From a bacterium (lineage in GTDB: Bacteria; UBA8248; JACPRG01; G963555815), in assembly GCA_965261595.1 (NCBI GenBank), contig CBDHDG010000002.1, positions 32,001-96,000 of the forward strand: a stretch of 64,000 nucleotides of DNA, in the 5' to 3' direction. The notes under the pieces are model-generated. The model worked only from the letters and a program-made list of their open reading frames with translations. It was not told where the DNA came from and ran no database searches. Below are positions 62,664 to 64,000 of this stretch, one piece after another. A program made the translations under genes and the position numbers. Numbering within the stretch: position 1 is the stretch's first letter; every line of letters begins with the position of its first letter.

Positions 62664-63680
62664 ATGAGCCATTCCCCAGGTGAGGTTCCCGAGAAGTCTC
62701 CGGATGGGCAGCGGGCCGGATCCCCTCGAAACGGGGCGGGTTCCGAGCGCGAGACAGAGGTCCTCCGGAATATCCGCGTCGTCCTGGTCGATCCGCAATA
62801 CTCCGGCAACATCGGCTCCTCGGCCCGGGCGATGATGAACATGGGGATCACCGACCTGCGGCTGGTCTTCTCCGGCCCCCCCACCGACCATGTGAACGCC
62901 GAGGCCCGGAAGATGGCGATGGTCGCCAAGGACATGCTCTTCCGCGCACCGGTCTACGCGAGCCTGGCCGAAGCGGTCGCGGATTGCGTCCTGGTGGTCG
63001 GGACGACGCGGCGTCAGGGCAAGTTCCGTCACGTGACGGTCGCCGCCAAGGACATCGCCGGGCAAATCCTCCAATCGGCCCGGCGGCGCCCCGTGGCCCT
63101 GGTTTTCGGTCCGGAGAATTTCGGGCTTTCCAACGACCATCTGCGCTCCTGCCACGAGCTGACGTTCATCCCCGCCCATTCGGATTTCGGTTCTCTGAAT
63201 CTGGGGATGGCCGTCCTCATTCTTTGTTACGAGGTCTACCAGATCGCGAGGAGCGGCGCGGACCCCTCGGCCGCCCCCGCCCCCCCCGTCTCCTCCGCTT
63301 CCGTCGCCACCGCCGAAGAGCTGGCCGGGTTGTTCGGGCACATGAAGGACACCCTTCTGAGAATCAATTTCCTCGACAAACAGAACCCCGAGCGGATGAT
63401 GACGCACTTGAGGCGGCTGTTCTCCCGATCGGATCTGAGCTTCAAGGACGTGAAGGTTCTGCGGGGGATCTTCCGGCAGGTGAACTGGGCGCTGGGGGAG
63501 GGAGAGGGGAGGGGGGAGGGGGAGTTCAAGACCTCCGCCGACGATTTGGATATGGATGAAATCCCGGCCCCCCCGGCCGCCCAGGCTCCCCCGGCCGTCT
63601 CCGCTCTTGAAGAAGAGGAGAGGCCCACGGATGATTCCCGGAGGAGCTTCTTGAAAGACGGCTCCCCGGAGAAAAAATGA
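62664..63680 (+). CDS. trmJ: TrmJ/LasT-like SPOUT RNA methyltransferase
   Basis: GNIGSSARAMMNMG, GTTRR, LVFGPE..GLSN, SLNL..AV...YE. Confidence 0.88.
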   Translation: MSHSPGEVPEKSPDGQRAGSPRNGAGSERETEVLRNIRVVLVDPQYSGNIGSSARAMMNMGITDLRLVFSGPPTDHVNAEARKMAMVAKDMLFRAPVYASLAEAVADCVLVVGTTRRQGKFRHVTVAAKDIAGQILQSARRRPVALVFGPENFGLSNDHLRSCHELTFIPAHSDFGSLNLGMAVLILCYEVYQIARSGADPSAAPAPPVSSASVATAEELAGLFGHMKDTLLRINFLDKQNPERMMTHLRRLFSRSDLSFKDVKVLRGIFRQVNWALGEGEGRGEGEFKTSADDLDMDEIPAPPAAQAPPAVSALEEEERPTDDSRRSFLKDGSPEKK

Positions 63681-64000
63681 TGAACCGGACTCCGACAACG
63701 GGCGACCCGGAGAAACTGGCAGATTTCATCCGCGTGGCGCGCGGGGATAAGCCGGCCGACCTCGTTCTCCGGGGCGGAAAGGTGGTCGACGTCTTCTCCG
63801 GCGAGATCCGGGAGACGGGCGTCGCGGTTTATCGGGGGCGGATCGCCGGGCTGGGCGATTACGAGGGCAAAGAGACCCACGATCTCGAAGGCCGCTGCGT
63901 TTCCCCGGGCTTCATCGACGCCCACTGCCACATCGAAAGCTCCCTGCTGCCCCCGGCCGAGTATGCCCGGGCTGTTGTCCCGCACGGGACGACCACCGTC
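63677..64000 (+). CDS. ade: Adenine deaminase, 5' part
   Basis: Hand translation: ARGDKPADLVL...PGFIDAHCHIESS...HGTTTV; ATGA overlap with the trmJ stop; absent from the ORF track. Confidence 0.9.
   Translation, partial: MMNRTPTTGDPEKLADFIRVARGDKPADLVLRGGKVVDVFSGEIRETGVAVYRGRIAGLGDYEGKETHDLEGRCVSPGFIDAHCHIESSLLPPAEYARAVVPHGTTTV

Noticed and set aside
1..64000. CRISPR array, tRNA or rRNA genes
   Set aside because: No regularly spaced repeats with unique spacers and no recognisable tRNA or rRNA sequence by eye; a covariance-model scan was not possible.

Overview
High-GC bacterial DNA with two parts. About 1-53,000 is a decaying accessory island. It holds a STAND/NACHT NTPase missing from the ORF track, coupled to an AAA_14/DUF4143 ATPase, plus three intact tyrosine integrases, four orphan integrase 3' tails and two HEPN-like genes. 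It also holds a broken type I RM locus (hsdR'-hsdS'-hsdM) and a 17-kb ICE/plasmid leading-region block: HU, PAPS reductase, MoxR-like AAA, peptidase-dead vWA, ParB, GHKL ATPase, DUF2958, RadC and a Strawberry-notch methylase/helicase. Further right are a four-finger Arg-rich zinc-ribbon protein, higBA, and many IS: five copies of one IS3-family element, two of a related IS3 type, five IS1380 pieces, and IS21 and ISNCY scraps. About 53,700-64,000 looks like host chromosome: TPP enzyme, two amidohydrolases, NMT1-type binding protein, xanthine dehydrogenase-family Mo subunit, class II aldolase, TrmJ-like methyltransferase and adenine deaminase. The best candidates for undescribed biology are the ParB ending in an FtsZ C-terminal-peptide mimic (LDIPEFLRR), the adjacent AAA/pseudo-peptidase-vWA/GHKL module, the repeated leader element upstream of these genes, and the integrase-tail plus HEPN arrangement. 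No searches were run; all calls come from motifs read by eye.
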